Assembly: GCF_000517025.1 (NCBI RefSeq)
Contig: NZ_KI912097.1
Coordinates: forward strand, 94,988-118,089
Source of the DNA: Halonatronum saccharophilum DSM 13868
Lineage (GTDB): Bacteria; Bacillota; Halanaerobiia; Halobacteroidales; Halobacteroidaceae
DNA: 23,102 nucleotides
Direction of reading: 5' to 3'
Shown: piece after piece, positions 7,669-16,304 of the stretch
How the letters are laid out: each line of letters starts with the position of its first letter
Position numbering within the stretch: position 1 is the first letter of the stretch
The notes under the pieces: model-generated
Seen by the model: the letters and a program-made list of their open reading frames with translations, nothing else
Databases searched by the model: none
What the model was told of the DNA's origin: nothing
Program-made: the position numbers and the translations under genes

Positions 7669-9924
7669 ATGAGAATTAAGCTTAGAATACATTATGATAA
7701 CAATAATAACTTCACAGAACCTATACTATGGGTTTGGCAGGAGGGTACAGGTCTAATAAAAAAAGAATTAAGACCAAGTGGGAGTGATGATTTTGGCCCA
7801 TATTATGATCTTCAAATTAATAGAAGTGCTTTTAACTTTAAGTTTAAAGATATTGGGGGAAAGAATATAGTTTGGGAAGGAGATAAGAGTAACCGTTTTT
7901 ATAATACTGGTTTTGGAGATGAGATCTGGTGTAAGGCAGGGTGGCATAATATCTATAGTGTTAGACCAGAAGCAGCAGTAGGAGATATTAAAGATATATA
8001 TAATGAAATTAAAGATTTAATACCTAAAGAAAACTTTTACCTACCAAATACTGATATATCTCGTTTAGAAACGAACTCACTTTTAGGAGCACACAAACTT
8101 TTAGATGGATCAATAAGTTTTGCTTTCTTTCATCCAAGGGCTGCAAAGGTGTATTTAGCTTCTAATATTAACGGGTTTAAAGCTCCTTATAAGATTCATG
8201 GAAGACGTTGTAAAGAAGAAGATAAATTTATCGAAATGAAGCTTTATCGTGGTTATTATAATAACCCAAATATCTGGTGGACTAGGGTAATGAAAGAAGA
8301 TATAAATTCATCCTTAGAGGAAGTAGAATACAAGTTTTATGTACAAGGGGGAACAAAAGGGAATGAAGGCTTTGTTTATGATCCATATACCAGACTATAT
8401 AGTAGTGATTATAGGATGGAAAACTGCGTAGTTGTAGACCCAACAGAGTTTCAGTGGAGTGATGAAGAGTGGAATACACCAGATATTAAAGACCTAATAA
8501 TCTATGAATTAAATGTATATGGATTTACAGATCAAGATTCAGATATATCTTTAGAGGAACAGAGTACTTTTAAAGGGGTAACAAAGAGAATTAAAGAAGG
8601 GTATTTTAATAACTTAGGAGTCACAGCATTAGCCTTTATGCCAACTTCAGAAGCTTGGAGTTCCTTTGGTTTAGGTTATGATCCTTGCTCATTTATGTCT
8701 GTAGAAAAGGACTTTGGGAGACCAGATGATTTTAGAGAACTAGTAGATGTAGCACATAACTATGGCTTAGCAGTAATAATAGATCAGGTCTTTAATCACA
8801 CGTCAAATGATTTCAATCCTTTGTGGAAATTGATTGATGATGGTTCAGATCCTGGTGGTTTTTATTTTTCTGGGGCAACTCAATGGGGAAATCGCTTAGC
8901 TACTGGCAAAGCTGAAGTTGATAATATGCTCATAGATTCTTGTAAATTATTTATTGAAGAATATCATATAGATGGATTTAGGTTTGATGCAACCCATACA
9001 AATTATATGGATCATAGATTATTATATAGATTACAGGATGAAATTAGAGATAAAGGATTTAAAAGAGATGCAGTTATGATAGTCGAGAATCTACCCAATC
9101 AACCTGACCTAAACTTTGATGGTTTTAATGGATATGCTCAATGGAGTGATATATTCCATGATAAACTAAAAGCCATTCTAAGAGAGGGCCAATTTAGAAA
9201 TCATTGGGATGATAGTCCAGATAACTTAGGCGATATCTTCTACTTCTCTAAAAATCAATTTGCCTCTCATACAAATAATGTAATTAATTATAGTGAGAGC
9301 CACGATGAAACCAGTATAAAGTTCGAAATAGAAACTAATGATATAATCAACTGTGATATTAAAGATAGAAAAGCAAGATTGGCTCTTTTTGCAACTATGG
9401 TAGCTTTGGGCCAACCAATGATTTATATGGGCCAAGAATTTGGAGTCAACCGTGAAGCTAATAAGATTGATATAAATAAGATAACTCCCGATCCTAACTG
9501 TCCTGAATTTGAATATAATGATTTTTATCGTTGGGCTCAAGGTATTATTAACCTTCGTAAGAAATATGATGCTTTGCGAATCAGTGGATATAATCCTATT
9601 GACACAGGGGAATTTCAATGGTTAATTGGCCCTTGGTTGAAAGAAAGTCAGGGAAAAGGAAAAAGGGTTATTGGGTGGAAGGTTAGAAGTGCTAAAGAGG
9701 AAATTATAGTACTGATAAACTTTGAACGAGATAGGGTTAAAGTAAAATTACCTATATGTGATAGAGAGAATTGGGTTAAAATTGCTGATATAAAAGAAGT
9801 CGATGATATAACTATAAATAAGGGGATAGAGAAAGTATTAGGTGTTAGATTATTAAAGGGAGATGGAAGAGTAAAGAATTTAAATTTAGATCCATATAGT
9901 GCTTTTATTTATAAAAAGATATAG
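7669..9924 (+). CDS. Glycoside hydrolase family 13 alpha-glucan-active enzyme with a long N-terminal extension (CBM-like RIHY...WVWQEG module). No signal peptide. Pullulanase / debranching-type candidate.
   Basis: GH13 conserved regions DQVFNHTS (I), GFRFDATH (II), ESHDE (IV). RBS GGGGGAAG. Confidence 0.8.
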   Translation: MRIKLRIHYDNNNNFTEPILWVWQEGTGLIKKELRPSGSDDFGPYYDLQINRSAFNFKFKDIGGKNIVWEGDKSNRFYNTGFGDEIWCKAGWHNIYSVRPEAAVGDIKDIYNEIKDLIPKENFYLPNTDISRLETNSLLGAHKLLDGSISFAFFHPRAAKVYLASNINGFKAPYKIHGRRCKEEDKFIEMKLYRGYYNNPNIWWTRVMKEDINSSLEEVEYKFYVQGGTKGNEGFVYDPYTRLYSSDYRMENCVVVDPTEFQWSDEEWNTPDIKDLIIYELNVYGFTDQDSDISLEEQSTFKGVTKRIKEGYFNNLGVTALAFMPTSEAWSSFGLGYDPCSFMSVEKDFGRPDDFRELVDVAHNYGLAVIIDQVFNHTSNDFNPLWKLIDDGSDPGGFYFSGATQWGNRLATGKAEVDNMLIDSCKLFIEEYHIDGFRFDATHTNYMDHRLLYRLQDEIRDKGFKRDAVMIVENLPNQPDLNFDGFNGYAQWSDIFHDKLKAILREGQFRNHWDDSPDNLGDIFYFSKNQFASHTNNVINYSESHDETSIKFEIETNDIINCDIKDRKARLALFATMVALGQPMIYMGQEFGVNREANKIDINKITPDPNCPEFEYNDFYRWAQGIINLRKKYDALRISGYNPIDTGEFQWLIGPWLKESQGKGKRVIGWKVRSAKEEIIVLINFERDRVKVKLPICDRENWVKIADIKEVDDITINKGIEKVLGVRLLKGDGRVKNLNLDPYSAFIYKKI

Positions 9925-9934
9925 CAAACTAAGA

Positions 9935-9966
9935 AAAGCGAAGCAGATGCTTCGCTTTTAATTAAT
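9935..9966 (+). terminator. Rho-independent terminator.
   Basis: AAAGCGAAGC-AGAT-GCTTCGCTTT followed by TTTTAATT. Confidence 0.7.
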
Positions 9967-10090
9967 CTAAGCTTTTAGCAGGAGATTAAGAATAAAAGAC
10001 TAAATAAATATATTAGGTGACAGGTGGCTGATAAAAATCAAATAAGAAATGAACAATTACTGTATCTAAATATTTAGGAGGGATCTGAGA

Positions 10091-10576
10091 TTGAAAATTA
10101 AATCATATACATTATTAATGATCTTGTTTATAAATCTATCTACTCTTCCTGTTTGGGGCCAAGGTGTTTTAAGTTCTGTTAAGAGTAAACCTAATAATTT
10201 GGTAATCTATCACCCTAATAATTGGTCAAATATTGGAGTATGGGATTTTTCAGATAGAGAAATTTTTGAAGGAATGGTTATTAAAGAAATTAATCTAAAG
10301 TGGAATGATAGTAGCTCACAGAACCAAAGTTATAGAGGCTTACATATTGCCTTATTTAATGAAGAAGGTAAAGGCGTTTTACTAAGCGAACAATTTATCA
10401 GAGGAAAAGTAAATACAGATTTCTTTAAAGATCAAGATCCTGCCCAAAGGTGGGAGGTTAAATACTATGTGGAGGACCTTCAAAGAGCAGGAAATTACTT
10501 TTCAATTTCACCTAGAATTAGTATAAATTATCAAAGAGCTAAAGATGAGGATGAGGAGGAGGAGGAGGAGTTATGA
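10091..10576 (+). CDS. Secreted hypothetical protein with a C-terminal poly-Glu tail (TTG start).
   Basis: AGGAGGGA RBS 9 nt before the TTG. Signal peptide KIKSYTLLMILFINLSTLPVWG. The stop overlaps the next start (ATGA), indicating translational coupling. Confidence 0.65.
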   Translation: MKIKSYTLLMILFINLSTLPVWGQGVLSSVKSKPNNLVIYHPNNWSNIGVWDFSDREIFEGMVIKEINLKWNDSSSQNQSYRGLHIALFNEEGKGVLLSEQFIRGKVNTDFFKDQDPAQRWEVKYYVEDLQRAGNYFSISPRISINYQRAKDEDEEEEEEL

Positions 10577-12735
10577 AATCAAAAGAAAATTTAATCTTTG
10601 CATTAGATATTGGAACTAGAACTGTAGTAGGAGCTTTATTAGAAAAGGTAGGTGATAATCTAATACTGAGATATTCAAAGGTAGTTGAACATAAAAACAG
10701 ATCAATGTTAGATGGTCAAATACATAATATCGGTGAGGTTGCCAAGCAAGTAAAGATAATCAAAGAAAGTTTAGAAGAAAAGGCAGGCGTTGAATTAAAT
10801 AAAGTAGGTATTGCAGCCGCAGGTCGGGCTTTAAAAACATTAACCGGTCACCATCAAATAGACTTTGATAACAAAAAAGAGATAAATGAGGATGATATAA
10901 AGCTTTTAGAATTTACTGCAATTCAAGATGCTCAAAAAAAGCTTTCTACAGGAGAGGATAAAGATAAAGCTAGCGGTTATCACTTTGTAGGTTATACACC
11001 TGTACAAACATTATTAGATGGAATTAGAGTAGGAAGTTTATTAAGTCAAAGTGGCAAAAAAATCGAAATAGATATAATAGCCACCTTCCTGCCAAGAATT
11101 GTTGTAGATTCTTTATTGACAGTTATTAGACAAGCTGATTTAGAGGTTAACCATTTAACTTTAGAGCCAATTGCTGCAGCTAATGTAATAGTTCCTCAGC
11201 AGATGTATAACTTCAACTTAGCTTTGGTAGATATAGGAGCAGGAACCTCTGATATCGCTATTACTAGAGATGGATCTATAATTGGTTATGATATGGTACC
11301 TGTGGCAGGAGATGAAATGACAGAAGCTATCTGTGAAGCTTATATGGTAGATTATAATACTGCTGAGAGTATTAAAAGAAAACTAGTTGAAGAAGAAGAG
11401 GTAGAAATGAAAGATATCTTAGATCAGAAGGTCAAAATTCCTACTGATCAAATAATAAAGAGTATAGAAAATAAGGTAGAGGAGTTGGCCCGATTAATTG
11501 GTGATTCAATTTTAGAACTAAACGGGAAGAAACCTCAGGCCGTTATCTGTATTGGAGGAGGGAGTTTAACACCTCTATTAAAGGAAAAATTAGCCTCTAA
11601 ATTAAATCTCCCTATTAATAGAGTAGGTATTAAAGACGGAGAAGAAATTAAGGGCATTGAAGGTAAGATCAAAAACATCAGTGGGACTCAATCCATAACT
11701 CCTTTTGGTATAGCTGTAAGTTCAATGAAGAATAAAAGCAGAGCTAACTTCACAAATATAACCCTCAATGGAGACAAACTTCATTTATTCACATTAACAA
11801 ATCCAAAGGTCTCTGATGCCTTACTTGCTGGAGAAGTTGAAATTAATGCACTCAAAGCAAGACCAGGCTTAGCTATAACAGCAGAAGTTAATGGACAGTT
11901 AAAGATAATTAGAGGTACCTTAGGAGAAAGTGGGCAGGTATTAGTTAATGGGGAAGAGAAAGGAATTGATGAGATAATAAAAGAAGGAGATAGAATCGAA
12001 GTAAAGCTTGGTTCTAAAGGAGAAAATGGAACAGGCAAAATAAAGGATATCGTCAGTGACCTACCAAGTCGTGATATAATTATAAATGGTCAGAAAGAAA
12101 CAATTGCTCCAATCTATTATAGAAATGGCAATTTAGCTAGCTTAGAAGAGGAAATTTCAGATGGAGATAAGATAGAATATAGGGTGATCCAATCAATAAG
12201 AGAGGTAATTGAAGATGTTTTAGGCATCTCTCTTAGAGGTTTAAAAGAGAGAAAGTTATCCTACTCCTTAAATGGTGAAAATAAGATATATAGAATGAAG
12301 GCATATGATCTTAAGATTAATAATAAAGAAGTTACTCTAGACTATGAAGTAGAAGAAGGCGACAAGGTAACCTTCAAGAGATTAGAACAGATTGAAGTAA
12401 AGATAAAGGATATTTTAGGTGAAGATAAAATTGGAAGTGAGATAAATATAAGTTTTAATGATAGGGCTTTAAGAGTTCCAAGTAAGGATTTTAAAGTCTT
12501 TAAAAATGGTCAAAAGGCTAGTATAGAGGATTTTATAAGTAATGGTGATAAGATTGAATTAGAAGGTGAAGGGATAAGGTTAAACCAACTTTTAGATCAT
12601 ATTAATTATCAAATTCCTACTACTTTAGGTGGAAAATTAGTAATTGAGAAAAACGGAGAGAAGGCTCAACTGACTGAGCCTTTAAAAGATGGAGATAGAG
12701 TAAAGCTCAATATAGAATATTTTAAGGAGTATTAG
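10573..12735 (+). CDS. Actin-fold ATPase of the FtsA/PilM family (N-terminal ~380 aa) fused to about six C-terminal ~50-70-aa repeats with an NG(E/Q)K...(D/E)GD(K/R)(I/V)E motif.
   Basis: Phosphate-1 LDIGTRTVVGA, phosphate-2 LVDIGAGTSDIAI, adenosine motif ICIGGGSLTP. Repeat motifs VNGEEK..EGDRIEV, INGQKE..DGDKIEY, LNGENK..EGDKVTF, KNGQKA..NGDKIEL, KNGEKA..DGDRVKL. Confidence 0.7.
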   Translation: MKSKENLIFALDIGTRTVVGALLEKVGDNLILRYSKVVEHKNRSMLDGQIHNIGEVAKQVKIIKESLEEKAGVELNKVGIAAAGRALKTLTGHHQIDFDNKKEINEDDIKLLEFTAIQDAQKKLSTGEDKDKASGYHFVGYTPVQTLLDGIRVGSLLSQSGKKIEIDIIATFLPRIVVDSLLTVIRQADLEVNHLTLEPIAAANVIVPQQMYNFNLALVDIGAGTSDIAITRDGSIIGYDMVPVAGDEMTEAICEAYMVDYNTAESIKRKLVEEEEVEMKDILDQKVKIPTDQIIKSIENKVEELARLIGDSILELNGKKPQAVICIGGGSLTPLLKEKLASKLNLPINRVGIKDGEEIKGIEGKIKNISGTQSITPFGIAVSSMKNKSRANFTNITLNGDKLHLFTLTNPKVSDALLAGEVEINALKARPGLAITAEVNGQLKIIRGTLGESGQVLVNGEEKGIDEIIKEGDRIEVKLGSKGENGTGKIKDIVSDLPSRDIIINGQKETIAPIYYRNGNLASLEEEISDGDKIEYRVIQSIREVIEDVLGISLRGLKERKLSYSLNGENKIYRMKAYDLKINNKEVTLDYEVEEGDKVTFKRLEQIEVKIKDILGEDKIGSEINISFNDRALRVPSKDFKVFKNGQKASIEDFISNGDKIELEGEGIRLNQLLDHINYQIPTTLGGKLVIEKNGEKAQLTEPLKDGDRVKLNIEYFKEY

Positions 12736-14075
12736 AATATCCTGCGAAATTCCTTAGCTAATAAAAAAGACATAATTATTACTGATATTAATTCTGATAT
12801 AGGAAAGGCAAACCAGAGAGGGGCCAACCCATAAAAACGTCCTAAAAGGTACATAATAGGAAGTAAAAGTACTATCTGCCTTAAAAAAGAGATGATTAAA
12901 CTAGGTAGCCCCTTTCCTAGCCCTTGAAAGATTGATGAACCAACTATAGCAGGACCAATCAAAGGAAAGGCCAAACTTATCCTTTTTAAAGCAGTAATAC
13001 CAATCTCTAATAACCTTTCATCTTTATTAAAGAGAAGTATTAACCTGCTAGGGAAGAATTGAAATAATAAGAACCCTGCTGTAGTAAAAAGAAAAGCCAC
13101 GAAAATTGTCCACTGTATTGCCTCCTTCATTCTTTTAGGCTTATTATGACCATAGTTATAGCCAAATAAGGGTAAAAAACCTTGCTTTAGTCCATAAACG
13201 GGCATAAAGACAAAGGATTGTAAACGAAAGTAAATACCTACTACGGCAACAGCTATTGGATCATAAACTTCTACAATAATGTTTACTCCTGCAATCATAA
13301 TACTGGCAAGCAGTTGCATAACTATTGCCGGTAAGCCTACCTGATAAATTTCAACTATTACTTCCCAATCTAGTTTAAAGTTTTTTAAGCTTACCTTGAT
13401 CTGATTCTTATCACTAAAGATTATATATCCAATAAAAAGTCCACTTATAATCCGAGCCAACACTGTAGCGTAAGCTGCTCCTTTTATTCCTAGAGCTGGA
13501 AAAGGGCCAAGGCCAAAAATTAATAGCGGATCTATAATAATATTTAAAATAGCTCCAACTAATAGGGTAAGCATAGGGGCTATAGTATTTCCTTCTCCCT
13601 GTAAGATACTATTAGCTATCATCGGAAAGAAAAGGGCCAAAGATCCAGTCATAATTATCCTAATATAAGGTACACCCAATTCAATTAACTTAGGATCATT
13701 GCTAAAGAAGGAAAATAATTCTTCTGAAAAGAAGAAACCAATAACTCCAATAATTAAAGCATAAAGTAGTGTTATTATCATAACATGGACTGCTACATTA
13801 TTGGCTTTTTTAGTATCATTGGCCCCTAAGGATCTAGAGATCAAAGAGCTGGCACCAATTCCCGTTCCTACAGCCAATGCTATTAAAACCATCTGTATAG
13901 GAAAAGATAGGGATAAGGCTGCTAATCCTTCAGTACTTAATCTTCCTATGTAAATACTATCTATTACATTATATAGAGCTTGGATAGCCATACCTACTAT
14001 TGCTGGTAATGATAACTTAATTAATAGGGGAAGTATAGCTTCTTCACCTAGATTTTTAGTTCTCTTATTCATTTC
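12732..14075 (-). CDS. MATE family efflux transporter.
   Basis: 12 transmembrane-like hydrophobic segments with MATE-typical composition. ATG at 14075 with GGAGGA RBS (MEMNKRTKNL...). The longer ORF to 14105 lacks an RBS. Confidence 0.8.
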   Translation of the reverse strand, partial: EMNKRTKNLGEEAILPLLIKLSLPAIVGMAIQALYNVIDSIYIGRLSTEGLAALSLSFPIQMVLIALAVGTGIGASSLISRSLGANDTKKANNVAVHVMIITLLYALIIGVIGFFFSEELFSFFSNDPKLIELGVPYIRIIMTGSLALFFPMIANSILQGEGNTIAPMLTLLVGAILNIIIDPLLIFGLGPFPALGIKGAAYATVLARIISGLFIGYIIFSDKNQIKVSLKNFKLDWEVIVEIYQVGLPAIVMQLLASIMIAGVNIIVEVYDPIAVAVVGIYFRLQSFVFMPVYGLKQGFLPLFGYNYGHNKPKRMKEAIQWTIFVAFLFTTAGFLLFQFFPSRLILLFNKDERLLEIGITALKRISLAFPLIGPAIVGSSIFQGLGKGLPSLIISFLRQIVLLLPIMYLLGRFYGLAPLWFAFPISELISVIIMSFLLAKEFRRIF

Positions 14076-14286
14076 CATAAATCTTCCTCCTCTTTTGGGC
14101 AGCAAATATAATTTCTAAAAATTCCTTCTTAAGTATTGGCTGTTTTAGTAACACTATAAATTACTATATAATAAATTTGATTTTTTTACAAATAAACCGA
14201 TAAGATAAGAAGGAATTATTATAAATATGATTAATTATAAATCTAAGAAAGAATAAGAATACATAAAAGAGAAGGGAGGGGAAACA

Positions 14287-14772
14287 ATGGAGCTTAAAAA
14301 ATTAACTCAAAGTGGTATTTTATTGGCTTTAGGTATCATATTACCTTATGCTTTTCATGCCTCTGGGGTAGGAGGTAACATATTTTTACCTATGCACCTT
14401 CCAGCTTTATTAGCCGGTTTTATCGTTGGCCCTGTTTATGGAATGGCAGTAGGAGGATTATCACCTTTAGTAAACTTCTTTATTACAGGTAGACCACCTA
14501 TACCTATTATGCCTTTAATGGTTGTTGAATTAGCCGTCTTTGGACTGATTACTGGTCTATTATACAAGAAGGTTCATATCAATATAAACTTAATAATTGC
14601 TATGCTAGTAGGTAGATTAGTATATAGAACAATATTTGTTCTATTTATCGGTGAATTTGCTAATCCTTTAGTACTTGTTGCAGCAAATCTCCCGGGGGAA
14701 TTACCTGGTATTGCAATGCAGTTGGCCCTTATTCCAGTAATTGTTGATCTAGTCAATAAAGCTAGAGATTAA
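14287..14772 (+). CDS. thiW: ThiW-like ECF-type S-component membrane protein (putative thiazole/thiamine-precursor transporter).
   Basis: ~160-aa polytopic protein. LPMHLPALLAGFIVGPVYG matches my recollection of ThiW family conservation. GGGAGGGG RBS. Confidence 0.5.
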   Translation: MELKKLTQSGILLALGIILPYAFHASGVGGNIFLPMHLPALLAGFIVGPVYGMAVGGLSPLVNFFITGRPPIPIMPLMVVELAVFGLITGLLYKKVHININLIIAMLVGRLVYRTIFVLFIGEFANPLVLVAANLPGELPGIAMQLALIPVIVDLVNKARD

Positions 14773-14781
14773 GTTATATCT

Positions 14782-14979
14782 TTAACTTAAAACAAGGGCA
14801 TTTAATCTAGGCAGTTTAGTTAAAAGATTAGTAAGGTGTATAACTAAATCATTCCATGATTGAAAGTTAGAGAATATTCCATATAAGGAATAAGTTGAAG
14901 TTATTAAAAAAGCTATTATAAATAAGCTTACTAATAGTTTTATACTTATTGAAATTATAACATTAAGCATATTAAACAT
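14782..14979 (-). CDS. Possible small hydrophobic protein (65 aa). Doubtful.
   Basis: ATG preceded by AAAGGAGAA. Two predicted transmembrane segments. No other support. Confidence 0.25.
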   Translation of the reverse strand: MFNMLNVIISISIKLLVSLFIIAFLITSTYSLYGIFSNFQSWNDLVIHLTNLLTKLPRLNALVLS

Positions 14980-15044
14980 ATTTATTCTCCTTTATAATTA
15001 TTATCTATAAGATATATTTTGGTTTAAAAGGAGAAAATATATTC

Positions 15045-15092
15045 AAAAAGAGATGGATCTTAGGGCTAGATTCCTAAGATCCATCTTTGAAT
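15045..15092. terminator. Bidirectional rho-independent terminator (perfect 14-bp stem).
   Basis: AGATGGATCTTAGG-GCTAGATT-CCTAAGATCCATCT, flanked by an A-run upstream and T-rich sequence downstream. Serves the DUF1657 gene on the minus strand. Confidence 0.75.
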
Positions 15093-15105
15093 TTAAGAAG
15101 AGAGA

Positions 15106-15342
15106 TTATTGCTGTTGATTTTGCTCTTGTACATTAGTACCTTGCTTAAATTGAGGTTCCTGTTCCTCAACATAATTAGTACGATTTTCTAGTTGTTGTA
15201 CAACATGTTGTACCTCTTGAGCACATTGTTGATACATATCTTGTGCCATTTGGTCATCAGTATCTTGAGCAAAACCTTCTAAGGTAACCTTAGCAGTCTC
15301 TAATCCATTAAGAGCTTGGTGTAGATCTTGTCCAACTGTCAT
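15106..15342 (-). CDS. DUF1657 family small protein (spore-associated family in Bacillus/Clostridia).
   Basis: MTVGQ...L..A...LE.FA..T.D..A..MY...AQ...HVV..LE.R...VEE.EPQFK pattern typical of DUF1657. AAGGAGGTG RBS. Confidence 0.7.
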   Translation of the reverse strand: MTVGQDLHQALNGLETAKVTLEGFAQDTDDQMAQDMYQQCAQEVQHVVQQLENRTNYVEEQEPQFKQGTNVQEQNQQQ

Positions 15343-15591
15343 TTAACTTAACACCTCCTTTCTGTCACATTTATTATAATAACCTAATGAAAGTTTTTTA
15401 TTATATGTAGATTAATTCAAAATAACAAAGAAATTCCACAAAGAAAAAGAATAATAATCTATAAAAAATAACATTATAATAAAATTCAGATAATAAAAAA
15501 AGTTAAAAAGGAAAGTTAGCTTACTTTTGAATTTGTAGATTTTTAATCTAAAAAGAGTAAAAAACTATAATAATATCAATAAAACAAGTTT

Positions 15592-15620
15592 TTGACAACA
15601 CTATATTTTTATGCTATTAT
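15592..15620 (+). promoter_or_regulatory. Sigma-A-type promoter (TTGACA-17 nt-TATTAT) for the ECF S-component gene.
   Basis: Consensus -35 and near-consensus -10 with 17-nt spacing, ~35 nt upstream of the RBS, at the end of a 296-nt AT-rich leader. Confidence 0.55.
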
Positions 15621-15656
15621 ATATAAGTAAAAATTCAAGTTGAAGGGAGAACACAG

Positions 15657-16178
15657 ATGAACAATACAAAGAAGTTAGCTTTAGGAGGATTATTAACTGG
15701 GTTAGTAGCAATTGCGACTATGGTTATCAATATTCCAATGCCAGGTACAGGTGGCTATATACACTTAGGAGATAGCATGATCTATTTAACTGCTATCTTA
15801 TTTGGTTGGAAATTTGGAGCTTTAGCAGGAGGTATTGGTTCTGCTTTGGCAAATATCTTATCTGGATTTGGTCAATGGGCACCCTTTACTTTAATTATCA
15901 AAGGACTTATGGGCTTAATTATAGGCAAGGTCGCTTATAACGGTACAGAAGATACAGAAATAAAAGCTAAGCATATATTAGGTGTACTTGTAGGAGCTAC
16001 TTGGATGATAATAGGGTATTATTTTGCTGAAGGAATTATGGTAGGAAGTCTTATTGTACCATTACAGAGTATAAGCTGGAATGTAATTCAATCACTTATG
16101 GGAGCAGTAATAGCCTTCCCAGTACTATTTACCCTATTAAAGACTGAAGTATTAAATGATTTAGATATTGAAGGATAA
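15657..16178 (+). CDS. ECF transporter S component (substrate-capture membrane protein). Substrate unknown.
   Basis: 173 aa, 5-6 transmembrane segments, Gly-rich helices typical of ECF S components. GAAGGGAGA RBS. Confidence 0.6.
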   Translation: MNNTKKLALGGLLTGLVAIATMVINIPMPGTGGYIHLGDSMIYLTAILFGWKFGALAGGIGSALANILSGFGQWAPFTLIIKGLMGLIIGKVAYNGTEDTEIKAKHILGVLVGATWMIIGYYFAEGIMVGSLIVPLQSISWNVIQSLMGAVIAFPVLFTLLKTEVLNDLDIEG

Positions 16179-16304
16179 TAAATTAGAAGGTATCATTAGT
16201 TATGAATCAAGGTCTTTAAATCTTTAGCACATAGCTCAAAGCTCACAGCACAAACGGGTGTTAGACCATTTGTTCTAAATAATCTGATTTGAAGGTGGTA
16301 ATTT

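Noticed and set aside
12732-14105. Longer N-terminus for MATE pump 1 (start at 14105, MLPKRGGRF...)
   Set aside because: No RBS precedes 14105. The ATG at 14075 has GGAGGA at the proper spacing.
14106-14286. Expected TPP riboswitch upstream of the thiW-like gene
   Set aside because: No CUGAGA box or thi-box-like conserved elements were found by eye. This requires a covariance-model scan to be certain.
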